Origin: Minisyncoccota bacterium | Lineage (GTDB): Bacteria > Patescibacteriota > Minisyncoccia > Phycocordibacterales > XYD1-FULL-46-19 | NCBI GenBank assembly: GCA_041657405.1 | Contig: JBBABX010000001.1 | Location: 12,152-76,151 of the forward strand | Length of the DNA stretch: 64,000 bases | Direction of reading: 5' to 3' | Shown here: positions 1 to 10,411 of the stretch, piece after piece | Numbering within the stretch: position 1 is the first letter of the stretch | Layout of the letters: every line of letters begins with the position of its first letter | Program-made: the position numbers and the translations under genes | Notes under the pieces: generated by a model | The model's input: the letters and a program-made list of their open reading frames with translations, nothing else | Databases searched by the model: none | What the model was told of the DNA's origin: nothing

Positions 1-129
1 AAAAATTCTTTTGACTGCAAAAGGTATTTCTTCTTCAATCTCACCGACTACTAATAATCCCCTTTTGTCGGGAAAAGCGGAAAGTTTTACCCAGCCAGAG
101 TTTTTTACAATTATTTCTTCTTTCTCCAT
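1..129 (-). CDS. FdtA/QdtA (WxcM-like) cupin sugar 3,4-ketoisomerase, N-terminal part (runs off window)
   Basis: Manual translation MEKEEIIVKNSGWVKLSAFPDKRGLLVVGEIEEEIPFAVKRIF carries the D-x-R-G-x-L...IPF-x-VKR-x-F motif; lies directly downstream of the flippase. Confidence 0.8.
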   Translation of the reverse strand, partial: MEKEEIIVKNSGWVKLSAFPDKRGLLVVGEIEEEIPFAVKRIF

Positions 130-138
130 AAATTTCAT

Positions 139-1653
139 TTAATGATTATTTTTTATCCAAATCAAGGAATTTTTAATTTCTTTAGTAAAACAAACATCAA
201 TAATAAACAAAAACAAACCGTAAACAAGTATCCCTAAAAGAATATAAATTAAAAGAGACCACCAAGAAAAAATCGGCCAAAATTGTTTTAAAAAATAAAG
301 ACCGTAAGCCATTGCCAAACTAGCAATAACGGGTTCAAGAGCTGTTTTAGAAATTCCCCACACTCCTAGATTTATTTCTTGACGCAAAATATAAAGCAAA
401 TATAACTGAGTAAACAATGTTCCCATTGCCACAGTTAAAGCTGTGCCTTCCCCACCAAGAAAAAAGGTTAGGGGAACAATAAAAATAATCATTGTCACTA
501 ATTGAATTGAAGAAGATCTGGTTGGAATCGACGGCCGACCAACTCCGAGAAAAAAAGAATTTGTGATTTGCTCAAAAGATTTAAGAAATCCAACCCAAAC
601 TAAAATTGTCAAAATCGGAACCATTGGCAACCAGCGAGGGCCATAAACGAAAGTTATAATTTCTCGCGCCAAAAGAAACAACCCAAAAGACGCAGGAATG
701 GTTAAGGCAAAGATTAAAGAAGTCACCCGAACATAAGTCCTACGCAAAAAGATCTTATCGTTTTGAATCTTGGCGAAAAGAGGAAATAAAATAGAACCAA
801 AAACTCTGGCAATCTCAACTGCCGGCAACATCCCAAGAGAAAAAGCCATTTGGTAAAAACCAAGAATAGTCGAGCCTAAAATTTTGCCAATTGTCAAATT
901 GTCTCCTTGCCCAATAAAAAAATTTATAATGGCAGAAATTCCTACCCAACGACCATAAAAATAAAGTTCTTTGTTTTTTTTCCAATCAACCACAAACTTA
1001 GGACGGTAGGGGTGAAAGAGATAGGATAAAATTACCGCAAAGAAACGATTGGCAATCGCACCAATAACTAAGGCCCAAACATTATGGAAAATGACAGCAG
1101 CCACAATTGTTGTCGTTATTTCTAAAATAACCACGCAAATATCAAGTTGACTTTTCTTATTAAATTGTAATTCTTTTTGCCATAAAATAACTCCTACATT
1201 TTCAAAACCAATAACAAAAACTGGTAGGGCCAAAATTCTAACCAACAACACCACCATTTCATTGTTATTAAAAAACAAGCCCACCAAAGGCGCGGTCAAA
1301 AAGAGAATGATGGCAACCAAAGTATTCCTAAGAATATTAAAAGACCAGGCGCTATCGATATATTCGTCGACATTTTCCTTTTTATGAATAATTGCCGAGT
1401 AAAAACCAGTCTGGAAAAAATTGTCAACAAGACCAAGGGCAATCGCTGCCATCCCAAACAAACCAAAATCATTTGGGAATAGCAAGCGTGCTAAAATGAT
1501 TGTTCGAACAAACTGAAGACTTTTGATAATAAAACGGCTAATTAAGATAACTAGACTGCTCTGGAAAGCTTTTTGTCCAATATTTGCATCTTTAGTTTCA
1601 AGCCATAATTTTTTAAACTTTTTAGTCAAATTTATTTTTTGAAAAAATATCAT
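139..1653 (-). CDS. Polysaccharide flippase (Wzx/WzxC, MOP superfamily)
   Basis: Many TM helices; ILARLLFPNDFGLFGMA and G-F-Y-x-x-A motifs; glycan cluster context. Confidence 0.9.
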   Translation of the reverse strand: MIFFQKINLTKKFKKLWLETKDANIGQKAFQSSLVILISRFIIKSLQFVRTIILARLLFPNDFGLFGMAAIALGLVDNFFQTGFYSAIIHKKENVDEYIDSAWSFNILRNTLVAIILFLTAPLVGLFFNNNEMVVLLVRILALPVFVIGFENVGVILWQKELQFNKKSQLDICVVILEITTTIVAAVIFHNVWALVIGAIANRFFAVILSYLFHPYRPKFVVDWKKNKELYFYGRWVGISAIINFFIGQGDNLTIGKILGSTILGFYQMAFSLGMLPAVEIARVFGSILFPLFAKIQNDKIFLRRTYVRVTSLIFALTIPASFGLFLLAREIITFVYGPRWLPMVPILTILVWVGFLKSFEQITNSFFLGVGRPSIPTRSSSIQLVTMIIFIVPLTFFLGGEGTALTVAMGTLFTQLYLLYILRQEINLGVWGISKTALEPVIASLAMAYGLYFLKQFWPIFSWWSLLIYILLGILVYGLFLFIIDVCFTKEIKNSLIWIKNNH

Positions 1654-1694
1654 AAAAATTGAAATAATAAAAAAACCGTCGGGTTATTTGCTGT

Positions 1695-3284
1695 TTATTT
1701 TTTTCGCGCTAAAATCAAATTATTGCCACGACCTATAGGCAACCAAATATCCAAAAAGCAAAGTAGATTATAAAAAGGCATTAAGATAATATTCAGACGA
1801 TCTCCCAACTTCTTGCCTCTAAGCAAAAATTCAAACTCCCAACCGAGAGTCCCCCAAAAAGTGAAGGTGTGGCGGGAAACAAGGATTTCAAGATTTCTTT
1901 CTTTCATTTCCTGTTTTAATTCATCTAGAACCGGTTGCTCGCCCAAGTGTTCGTCTGATTCCCAATCGTGAAATCGTTGAAACCATCTCCTTGGGAAAAT
2001 ATGTATAGACGTTTTATCGCATGGGATTGCCAAGTAGATAAGACCAGAGGGTCTCAAAGCTTCAATCAAATTAGTAATCACTTTTTTGTTATCAACAATA
2101 TGTTCAAGAGTATCAATGGAAACAATCAAATCATAGATATTTTGCTCTCTAAAATTTTTTAAATCAAAAACTTTGAAACACAGATTTTTATTTGGATAAT
2201 TTCCCCACTCCTCATCTTCTAAAATATCAATTCCCAAGACTGAAGCAGAAGGATAATAGTCAGCCAATAATTTTGAATATTTTCCATGTCCACAACCAGC
2301 ATCTAAAATATTTTTAAAATTATTATTTTTTTTATTTAGAATCAAAAAACGGTTAAAGTATTTTAATCTAAGCAATGTCCCAAAATGTATTGGGCGGAAA
2401 AATTTAGATTGTAAAATTTTTTGTTTTGACTCTCTAATCTTCGCCCACAAAAAATGAAATGTATATCTAATTTTTTTGTCTTGACGCCACGCTTTAACAA
2501 AATAATCGGCGGCTAAACTAAACTTGCCATTTTGACGATACATTAATCCCAACCAAAAATATTGTTTTGCCAATAAAATTGGATGTAAGAGATATTCCTG
2601 AAAATGTTTTTTAATTAACATTTCTCGACCTCTTATTCGACGTTCAAGATTTCCTCCAATATGTTCATCAGTAGAAAAATTATTCATAATAACTAGGGGT
2701 TCATTAAGACCGATGCCTTTATATTTTTGGGTTAAGCGAATAATCAATTCCGCCTCTTGATGGCTGGGAAAATTTTCATCAAAACCATTAATTTCTTCAA
2801 AAGCTTTTTTCTTAATAATTAAAGTTGAAGTTAAAAAACCTTTAAACCTAGTTAACGAAATTAAATGGTAATCATTTGTCCCAGCAAAAACTTCCGTGTT
2901 AAATTTCCCCTTTTCAGAACAATTTATCACGCCGGAAAAACAAAAACCAACATCACTCGAAGAGTTACTTAAAAGAGAAATTTGTTTTTCTAATTTACGG
3001 TCAATCCAAGAATCGTCATCATCCAAAAAAGCCAAGAGTTGACCCCTCGCTAGAGAAGCCCCCCTATTCCGAGAGGCCGCCGCACCAAGACTTGTCTTAT
3101 TTTGATAATAAAAAATCCGAGAATCATTAAAAGATTTGACAATCTCCTCGGCTCTGGCAATTAAACCATCATCAATAACAATAATTTCAAAGTCTTGAAA
3201 AGTTTGATTAAAAACTGACTTGATAGCTTGAGATAAAATATCCGGCCGATTATGGGTCGGGATAATAACCGAAACCTTTGGCAT
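1695..3284 (-). CDS. GT2 glycosyltransferase fused to C-terminal class I SAM methyltransferase
   Basis: N-term VSVIIPTHNR...IIVIDDG...AFLDDDD; C-term ILDAGCGHG and LEHI. Confidence 0.9.
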   Translation of the reverse strand: MPKVSVIIPTHNRPDILSQAIKSVFNQTFQDFEIIVIDDGLIARAEEIVKSFNDSRIFYYQNKTSLGAAASRNRGASLARGQLLAFLDDDDSWIDRKLEKQISLLSNSSSDVGFCFSGVINCSEKGKFNTEVFAGTNDYHLISLTRFKGFLTSTLIIKKKAFEEINGFDENFPSHQEAELIIRLTQKYKGIGLNEPLVIMNNFSTDEHIGGNLERRIRGREMLIKKHFQEYLLHPILLAKQYFWLGLMYRQNGKFSLAADYFVKAWRQDKKIRYTFHFLWAKIRESKQKILQSKFFRPIHFGTLLRLKYFNRFLILNKKNNNFKNILDAGCGHGKYSKLLADYYPSASVLGIDILEDEEWGNYPNKNLCFKVFDLKNFREQNIYDLIVSIDTLEHIVDNKKVITNLIEALRPSGLIYLAIPCDKTSIHIFPRRWFQRFHDWESDEHLGEQPVLDELKQEMKERNLEILVSRHTFTFWGTLGWEFEFLLRGKKLGDRLNIILMPFYNLLCFLDIWLPIGRGNNLILARKK

Positions 3285-3286
3285 AT

Positions 3287-4318
3287 TTAGCTATTTATAA
3301 CATTTTTTAGCAAATTTTCCAATTTATCCGTTTGCTCCTCGCAACTCGGAAAATTTTTAACAAAATCCAAACCATTAGCAACAATTTTCTGACGTAGTCC
3401 ATTATCACTAACTGCTTGACCTAACTTATTTATCAATCCTTCTAGGTCACGTCGCGGTGCAACCAAAGCCGTTTGTTCATCAAAGGCGTAGTCCCGATTA
3501 CCACCGTTATCATAAGTAACAACCATCGAACCACAAGCCATCGCCTCTAACGGTGGCATCCCAAATCCTTCATCCCAAGATGGACAAAGAAAAATATCAC
3601 AACTTGAATAAATTTCGGCAAGTTTTTTTTGCGGTGGATTAAAGTAGTATTCATCACAAATCTCTGGTTTTTGACCGCGAACTCCAAACATTACTAACTC
3701 CAATTTTAAACTAGAAAACTTTTCTTTCACCGCTTGATAAGCTTTCAACCCATCTTTTACCCCTTTCCAAGGATAAGAATGGTTCAACATTAAAACCCTA
3801 ATTTTGCCAGTTTCTTTCTTAACAGGAATTGGTTGAAAAAGATTTTTATCAAGTGGCTCTAGAAACAGAGCTCCTTCTTGCCCGAAGTCTTTCCGTAAAA
3901 TATTTTTTAGCCAAGTTGAAACAACCACTTTCTTAGTAGGTGCGGCGTAAACCTTGGAGACTTCTTCAGATTGACCATGATACAAGCGTTCATCATGTTG
4001 AATAAATTGAATTTTTCGACCAAATTTTTCAGGCAAAGTTAAAACAAACTGACCCACTTGCCAAGAATCACCCACTACAACATCAGCTTTTGACAAATAT
4101 TTTGGAGACCATTTCGGCAAGAATTTAACTTTTGCTTCTAAGGGGCCAAACCAACGCGGCTCTTTATACCAAATTTTTTGCCAACGCCGGAAAAATCTTC
4201 TTTCCGTAGTTGAAATTGTAACCTCGTAACCACGTTTACCCAGAATATTAGCATAAGACAAAATTATCCGAACCCCGCCAGAAATCTTCAAATGAGGCAA
4301 TAAAAAATTAATTTTCAT
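3287..4318 (-). CDS. GT4 glycosyltransferase
   Basis: SGGVRII and EGFGMPPLEAMACG motifs; start trimmed to MKINFLL, which overlaps the upstream stop. Confidence 0.9.
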   Translation of the reverse strand: MKINFLLPHLKISGGVRIILSYANILGKRGYEVTISTTERRFFRRWQKIWYKEPRWFGPLEAKVKFLPKWSPKYLSKADVVVGDSWQVGQFVLTLPEKFGRKIQFIQHDERLYHGQSEEVSKVYAAPTKKVVVSTWLKNILRKDFGQEGALFLEPLDKNLFQPIPVKKETGKIRVLMLNHSYPWKGVKDGLKAYQAVKEKFSSLKLELVMFGVRGQKPEICDEYYFNPPQKKLAEIYSSCDIFLCPSWDEGFGMPPLEAMACGSMVVTYDNGGNRDYAFDEQTALVAPRRDLEGLINKLGQAVSDNGLRQKIVANGLDFVKNFPSCEEQTDKLENLLKNVINS

Positions 4319-4961
4319 TTTTTTTGAGTTTGACAATAAATTGATAAACAAACAAACCAGGCCAAATTTTAGCCAACAAAAAGGTTCCTCTTGTTGGGAT
4401 ATGATGGGCCGTTTCAATAATTCTAAAATTGGTCTTCTCCACTAATTGACGTAGGCTCCGCCAGGAAAAAAAATGAATATGTCCACGATCCATCAGGCCC
4501 TCTTTTTCATATTCAAAATGTCCCATCAAAATTTTTAATCGATTTCGCCAAAATAACAAATTAGGCACCGTAATAATAATATCTGTTTTTTCATCACTTA
4601 TTTTTTCCAATTTTAACAATAATTCTTCTGGCCAAAATAAATGTTCTAAAACTTCAGAAATAACAATTTTTTTGAAATGTTTTTGTCTAATTGACTCTGG
4701 CCAATTTGCAAAAGGTTCTTCTAAATTAAAACAAAAAACTTCTGACAAACGTTTCTTGGCCTCAGCGCAAAGATGAGACGAAAATTCCAAGCCGCTGACC
4801 CTCACATTCTTTTCTTTGGCAATAATCTCACCCAAATAACCAGGGCCACAACCAATATCTAAAACCTCATCAACTAAGTCATCACCCAGAAGACGCAGGA
4901 TAGCCTCTCGGCGAGAACGATTGATTTTTTTATAAGTAGCGTTTTCGTAATGATGATTCAT
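4308..4961 (-). CDS. Class I SAM-dependent methyltransferase
   Basis: VLDIGCGPG, EVLEHL, HIHFFS motifs. Confidence 0.9.
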   Translation of the reverse strand: MNHHYENATYKKINRSRREAILRLLGDDLVDEVLDIGCGPGYLGEIIAKEKNVRVSGLEFSSHLCAEAKKRLSEVFCFNLEEPFANWPESIRQKHFKKIVISEVLEHLFWPEELLLKLEKISDEKTDIIITVPNLLFWRNRLKILMGHFEYEKEGLMDRGHIHFFSWRSLRQLVEKTNFRIIETAHHIPTRGTFLLAKIWPGLFVYQFIVKLKKNEN

Positions 4962-6049
4962 TGTAGAAAATTTTTGATAATTTCAATTTGTCGTTCCCGA
5001 CTAAAATCTTTTTTTATAGCTTCTTTGGCACGCTCGCCAAGATTTCTAAATTTATCTGGATATTTGCAGACTTCCATAATTTTTTGAGCCAAATTTTCCG
5101 CATTTGCTAATTGACAAAAAACTACCTCACGACCGTCTTGAAAAAATTTATCCATCTCCTGATTTCTGCCAGTTAAAAGAATTTTTCCACAAGCCATTGC
5201 TTCAACCATTTTATTGGGGACTACTCTCCTAGCTTTATCGGTCCCACCAAAAATTCCGAGACAAATGTCGGCCAAATTAACGTAACCAAATAATTCTTCA
5301 TAATCAATAGCCGGAAGAAAAGTGACATTGGTTAATTTTAATTTTTCCGCCAATTTGAGCATTTGTTTTTTTGTTTGTCCACTTCCAATCAAAGTAAAAT
5401 GAACTCTTTCTTCATCTCGCAAATAATTTGCGGCTCCAAGAATATATTCTACACCCTGAAGCGGAATATAGTAACCCCAAAACAGAATATGATATTTGCC
5501 CTCCAAAAAATTTTCTCTGGCTTTGGTCTCTTTTTGGCAAAGATTATCTAAATCAGCCCAATCAACCGCAACTGGAATAACTAAAAATTTTTTATTTTTT
5601 ACCTTGGTTAGATGAAAGGTTTTTATAAAATAATTCTGATGACCAAGAGTGTCAAAAATTAAAATATCACTCACCCAACAACTAAGCCAATCTATAAGAT
5701 AATAATAGATCGCCTTTAAAGAATATCGGCTAGTCAATTGTCGGTCATTAACATAAGTATCAAAAATGGAAATATGAGCATCAAAAATAATTTGCCCATG
5801 ATAAAAAATCCTAAATATCAATACTGGTAACACAAAAAATTGCGCAACTTGCATTACCAAAACGTAATCCTTTCCCCAACCATAACGGAAAAGTCGCCAA
5901 GCAAAGCGCCAAACTCGCCAATGATCATTAGGAATTTCTACCAATTCAGCATGGGTGCAATTTTCCCAAGCGTCAATAAAAACTTTTTTTCGTGAATAAT
6001 CACCAAAAACCGAACCTATAATCAAAAGACTTTTTTTATTATCACTCAT
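4958..6049 (-). CDS. GT4 glycosyltransferase
   Basis: DICLGIFG...VPNKMVEAMACGK; start trimmed to MSDNKK. Confidence 0.88.
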   Translation of the reverse strand: MSDNKKSLLIIGSVFGDYSRKKVFIDAWENCTHAELVEIPNDHWRVWRFAWRLFRYGWGKDYVLVMQVAQFFVLPVLIFRIFYHGQIIFDAHISIFDTYVNDRQLTSRYSLKAIYYYLIDWLSCWVSDILIFDTLGHQNYFIKTFHLTKVKNKKFLVIPVAVDWADLDNLCQKETKARENFLEGKYHILFWGYYIPLQGVEYILGAANYLRDEERVHFTLIGSGQTKKQMLKLAEKLKLTNVTFLPAIDYEELFGYVNLADICLGIFGGTDKARRVVPNKMVEAMACGKILLTGRNQEMDKFFQDGREVVFCQLANAENLAQKIMEVCKYPDKFRNLGERAKEAIKKDFSRERQIEIIKNFLQ

Positions 6050-7865
6050 AGAAATAATTATAAATTTTTTGAGCCCGTTTGTCCCAAGAATATTGGAGAA
6101 CATCCCCCTTGGCTTGAGATACACGTTTTTGAGATACCAGGGGCTCAAAAAAAATAAGTTTTATTTTTTCAATTAAATCTTTTTCATTTCCCGCTTCAAA
6201 AAACAGGCAACTTTGTTCAGTTAAAATTTCTTTTAGACTTGGCAAACTAGAAGCGACTATTGGTACACCACTAGCCATATATTCAAACATCTTAATTGGT
6301 GAGGTATAAAACTCAGACTCAAGAGAGACGGGTTTATTGGGTAAAACTAGACAGTCGGCAGCCTTTAAATAAAAAGGGATATTTTTTTTATCAATCCGAC
6401 CAATTAAGAAAATATTTTTTAATCCACCAATCTCAACAATTCTATGATATTTTTCAAGATCTTGGTCTGTCCCTCCAACCAAAACAAAAATCCACTCTTG
6501 GGGAGCAATTTTAGCTGCTTGAATTAAAGTATCAACTCCCTTCCAATGATAGAGATGTCCGACATACATAATTATCTTTTTATCATTTGGCAAATTTAAA
6601 TCTCGACGCAAGATCGAAACGTCTTCAACAAGGTTAGAAAAAGAGGATAAGTCCACTCCATTAGGCGCCACTAAAATTTTTTTAAAACCACGTTTGATAA
6701 ATTCCTTAGCTGTTCCCTGCGAATTACAAACTATCCCGTCTGCTTTAGAAATAAAATATTGGAAAAGATTGTTTTTACTAACAGGCCAAAAATGAGCCTC
6801 AAAAAAGGTTTTGTATCCTTTCTTCTTGAATAACCAAACAATTTCCGGTTGACGAGAAAAAATAATCGCTCCGCGTTTAGGCTTTTCTCTCCAAAGCCTA
6901 ATTAGAAAAAATAGGGATTGGAATCCAAAAGCTACACGCCCCAAAAATCGACTATATTGAATAAAATCAAAAGATTTAATTTCTCTTACAACAAAATTCT
7001 TCTCCAAATGATAATAAGAAAATAAATCCTGCTTGATTTTATTAAACCGTTTAGAATGCCACAGTTCCACAACTAGACCAAGTCGTGAAAATTCTTCACA
7101 CATCTTGGCAATTTGAAAACCATGAGCTTTTTCTGTTGGCAAACGATGATTAGCAATAAAAATTATCTCATCGCCAAAAGATTTATTTTTCTTAAGAAGA
7201 AAATGAAATGTATCCCAATAAAAAAATCGAGATCCTCGATAAATAAGAAGAAGTAACCAGCTAAGAAATTTGGGTTGGATTTTTTTTAATCGCAATTCTC
7301 TTATATCAATTAAAGAAAATCCTTCGGATTCGGCTAATTTTTGGAAATCCAGACGAGTAAAATAATGCATCTCGCTTAATTTTTGCCTATCTATGACATC
7401 TCGATATTTTTTTTGTTTGCCAATCAAATCAAGAATTTTTTCAGCCCAACAACGCGGCAACCAATTTATAAGATAAAGATGATAATGGCTATCATAAAAA
7501 CCAAAACGGTTTGGCACACTAACATATATACAACCTTGAGGTCTTAAAACTCGAAACATTTCTTGAAGGACAAGTTTTGGATTCTCGACATGTTCAATAA
7601 CTTCAGCCAAATTTATAAAATCAAATTCAAGAGAAGGAAAAGGCAATTTTTCGGCTTGCCCCTGAAAGATGTTTATCTTAATCCCCCTTTCCCCAGCAAG
7701 GACTCTCGCTTGAGAAATTTTTTGAGGGTTTAATTCTAACCCGATCGCCGAATACCCTCTCTTGACACAAGCTAAGAGAAATTTACCAAATCCCGAGCCT
7801 AAATCTAAAATTTTTTTATTAGCTAGACTTCCAATATTTTTTTCTAAATTATCAATATGATCCAT
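6042..7865 (-). CDS. SAM methyltransferase-GT4 glycosyltransferase fusion
   Basis: N-term ILDLGSGFG/EVIEHV; C-term TSPIKMFEYMASGVPIV. Confidence 0.9.
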   Translation of the reverse strand: MDHIDNLEKNIGSLANKKILDLGSGFGKFLLACVKRGYSAIGLELNPQKISQARVLAGERGIKINIFQGQAEKLPFPSLEFDFINLAEVIEHVENPKLVLQEMFRVLRPQGCIYVSVPNRFGFYDSHYHLYLINWLPRCWAEKILDLIGKQKKYRDVIDRQKLSEMHYFTRLDFQKLAESEGFSLIDIRELRLKKIQPKFLSWLLLLIYRGSRFFYWDTFHFLLKKNKSFGDEIIFIANHRLPTEKAHGFQIAKMCEEFSRLGLVVELWHSKRFNKIKQDLFSYYHLEKNFVVREIKSFDFIQYSRFLGRVAFGFQSLFFLIRLWREKPKRGAIIFSRQPEIVWLFKKKGYKTFFEAHFWPVSKNNLFQYFISKADGIVCNSQGTAKEFIKRGFKKILVAPNGVDLSSFSNLVEDVSILRRDLNLPNDKKIIMYVGHLYHWKGVDTLIQAAKIAPQEWIFVLVGGTDQDLEKYHRIVEIGGLKNIFLIGRIDKKNIPFYLKAADCLVLPNKPVSLESEFYTSPIKMFEYMASGVPIVASSLPSLKEILTEQSCLFFEAGNEKDLIEKIKLIFFEPLVSQKRVSQAKGDVLQYSWDKRAQKIYNYFYE

Positions 7866-8481
7866 TTTTCAATTTATTAATGATTGCTTCTACCAATTCC
7901 TTAGGTGATTTTTCCGAATTAAAAATTTCAAAATTTACCCCCGACTTGTTAAGAACACTTTTGGCTGAAAGATAATTTTTTTCGCTAGCTTCGCGCCAAA
8001 TTTCCACTTGTGATTTAGGAAAATCTTCCCTGACACCATAGCCTCTTCGGGCTAAGCGTTCTTTCCTTTTATCAAAAGATAATTCTAAAACTACTAAAAA
8101 CTCCGGATAAATAAAATTTTTTAAATAACCAATAAAAAAATCAGCAGTTTTTGGTTCGCCAAAAACTGAAAGAAGGTTCTGAAAATAGCCCTGGTCGATA
8201 ACAGCATTTGAAAATCTTTTTGCTTTTTGATATTTAGCATTATGGATGACGAAACAATTCATAAATTTGTAGTAAAAATCTTTCCAAGCCACAGAAGCAT
8301 TTATAATATAAGAAAGACCTTTTATAAATTTTAGAGGGTGTTTTAAAAAAAATAAGATATTATAAAAAAACCACTCACGCCTAGTATTAATCCTAACTAG
8401 AACAAAACCATTTTGTTCAGCCAATAATTTAGAAACTGTCGTCTTACCAGTAGCTGGTAGACCAAAAAATTCAACAATCAT
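7852..8481 (-). CDS. P-loop kinase (nucleotide-kinase-like fold)
   Basis: N-terminal Walker A IVEFFGLPATGKTT, hhhDQG motif, RLARR lid motif. Confidence 0.7.
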   Translation of the reverse strand: MIVEFFGLPATGKTTVSKLLAEQNGFVLVRINTRREWFFYNILFFLKHPLKFIKGLSYIINASVAWKDFYYKFMNCFVIHNAKYQKAKRFSNAVIDQGYFQNLLSVFGEPKTADFFIGYLKNFIYPEFLVVLELSFDKRKERLARRGYGVREDFPKSQVEIWREASEKNYLSAKSVLNKSGVNFEIFNSEKSPKELVEAIINKLKNGSY

Positions 8482-9202
8482 CTTTGGTAAATTTAAAACA
8501 ATAAGATTCAACCAAAAAACGACTAATCAAACCAAATTTGCGCCCAACCAATAATTTTCCAAACAATTTATCAAGCATCAAATTTTTCAAAAGAGGCACG
8601 GTTACCGTCACTCCGTAAGGACCCGAAACTTTAAAACCGGCTTGAACCAACAAAGTTTTTAATTTAGTCGGTAAAATTTGCCCTTGATGAATTTGCGGCA
8701 CTTTTTGCCTTTTAAGGCGGTAAAAAAGATAGCGCGGATTTTTCGTAATAATAACACCCAAACTTCCAAATTTTAGAAGATCAAAAATTTTTTTCACAGC
8801 TAAATTTTTGTCTGGCAAATATTCCAAAGCCCGAGATGAAAAAAAGAAGTCAAACTGACACTCCGGCGCAAAACTCATAAAGTCAGAGAGAACAAAATTA
8901 AGAGAATCCGAATCGGAAAGATTTTGTTTGGCCAAAGAGAGCATTTCATTGGAAATATCCACCAAAGTAAAGTTCGCTCCCGACTTTTTGTCTAGAAAAA
9001 ACTTAGTCCAAGTCCCTGGCCCTGGACCAAATTCTAGGTAATTAGAAAAAATAAGATTCTGATTTAAAAAAACTTTTTCAAGCGCTTGCTTGGTCTGATC
9101 ATAACCAAGTTTTGCTTGGTCATCTTTAAACCAACGCCAAAATTCATAATCTGAAAAAAACTTTTCTTTGACTTGCTTGTCGTAAATCTTTTCGAAATTC
9201 AT
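8471..9202 (-). CDS. Class I SAM-dependent methyltransferase
   Basis: LEFGPGPG, LVDISNEML motifs. Confidence 0.88.
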   Translation of the reverse strand: MNFEKIYDKQVKEKFFSDYEFWRWFKDDQAKLGYDQTKQALEKVFLNQNLIFSNYLEFGPGPGTWTKFFLDKKSGANFTLVDISNEMLSLAKQNLSDSDSLNFVLSDFMSFAPECQFDFFFSSRALEYLPDKNLAVKKIFDLLKFGSLGVIITKNPRYLFYRLKRQKVPQIHQGQILPTKLKTLLVQAGFKVSGPYGVTVTVPLLKNLMLDKLFGKLLVGRKFGLISRFLVESYCFKFTKDDC

Positions 9203-9216
9203 TAATTTAATGTAAT

Positions 9217-10251
9217 TTAATTCAAACTAGTTATTAATTTTTCGACAAGCAATTTAAGACCGTGATGTCTTGCAACATAATCTTGAAGTTCTGAAACTAA
9301 TTTTCTTTTTTCAGCCGGAGCTAAACCCAAAAGTTCTCTTAATTTTTTGGCCAAATCAACAAAATCATCTTCTTCAAAAATTAAGCGATCGTCAATTTCC
9401 CCAATTAAATTCTGGTTGCAAACCAGGACCAAACAACCACAGGCCATTGCTTCAAAAATTGTTTTGTCATACATCCCGCTTGAGCTAAGATTAACAAAAA
9501 TTTCGTGACTGCGATAGATTTTAGGCGCCTGATGGTTTGTCACACCAGCATAAAAAGTAAGATTATCGACTAAGATTGAATCTGCAACATTTTGTTTTAA
9601 GGTTTCTGCCCAAATCTGATTATCCGGCAAATAATCACCATAAAAACTAACTTTAAAATCTACCCTATCTTCAGCTAACAATTTTAGGGCTGAAATGAAA
9701 ATATCTGGTTTTTTGACAGGAGCCAAACGCGCTAAAAATAAAATTTTTCCAAGACGAAAATCATTATTTTTTTCAAGCGAATTAAAAAAACTCAAATTAA
9801 TCCCGACCGGCATAAGAATATTCTTTTTAAATTTTGCGGTGTATGAATAACGCGAGGTGCAAAAAATTTTATGACAAAGAGCAACTGCTAAATTAGTTAA
9901 ACAATTACCAGCATGATGATTTCGCCACATTGTAATTTTTTTGCCCATAAGTCGCCACCAACAACCTGCTAATAAAACATACTCCTGATTCATATGCACA
10001 AAAACTGTGTCATAGTTTTTTCGTTCCTGCCAAAGATATTTATAAAAACGCCAAATATATTTAAATTTCGATTGCCCTTCTTCTTTGCCTAGTGACAGCA
10101 CCTTAACCCCTGATAAATCATATTCGCCCTTCTCTAAACAGATAATTGTCATCTGTTTAACATGTTCAGCAAATTCTTTTAACCAACCATGGAAAAACCC
10201 TAAAATTGGGTCATTTTTATCGACTTTTTGGGTGATAATTAAAAGCTTCAC
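9217..10251 (-). CDS. GT4 glycosyltransferase
   Basis: SGMYDKTIFEAMACG; GTG start. Confidence 0.88.
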   Translation of the reverse strand: MKLLIITQKVDKNDPILGFFHGWLKEFAEHVKQMTIICLEKGEYDLSGVKVLSLGKEEGQSKFKYIWRFYKYLWQERKNYDTVFVHMNQEYVLLAGCWWRLMGKKITMWRNHHAGNCLTNLAVALCHKIFCTSRYSYTAKFKKNILMPVGINLSFFNSLEKNNDFRLGKILFLARLAPVKKPDIFISALKLLAEDRVDFKVSFYGDYLPDNQIWAETLKQNVADSILVDNLTFYAGVTNHQAPKIYRSHEIFVNLSSSGMYDKTIFEAMACGCLVLVCNQNLIGEIDDRLIFEEDDFVDLAKKLRELLGLAPAEKRKLVSELQDYVARHHGLKLLVEKLITSLN

Positions 10252-10281
10252 AAAATTATTTTAACATAAAAATATCCAAAC

Positions 10282-10310
10282 AAACGCTTCAGACGGATGA
10301 TGGAACGTTT
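10282..10310. repeat. Dispersed hairpin with conserved loop GACGGATGA, copy 1
   Basis: aaacgcttca-gacggatga-tggaacgttt; near-identical copy at 58072-58100. Confidence 0.6.
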
Positions 10311-10411
10311 AAATCGTTATTTTTAGCCAATTTTTAGAAAATTTTTTGTTTTATTGAGACGTCTTTTCCTCGATTTTTAAATAAATTCTTAAAAATAATA
10401 ATTTCTGCCTC

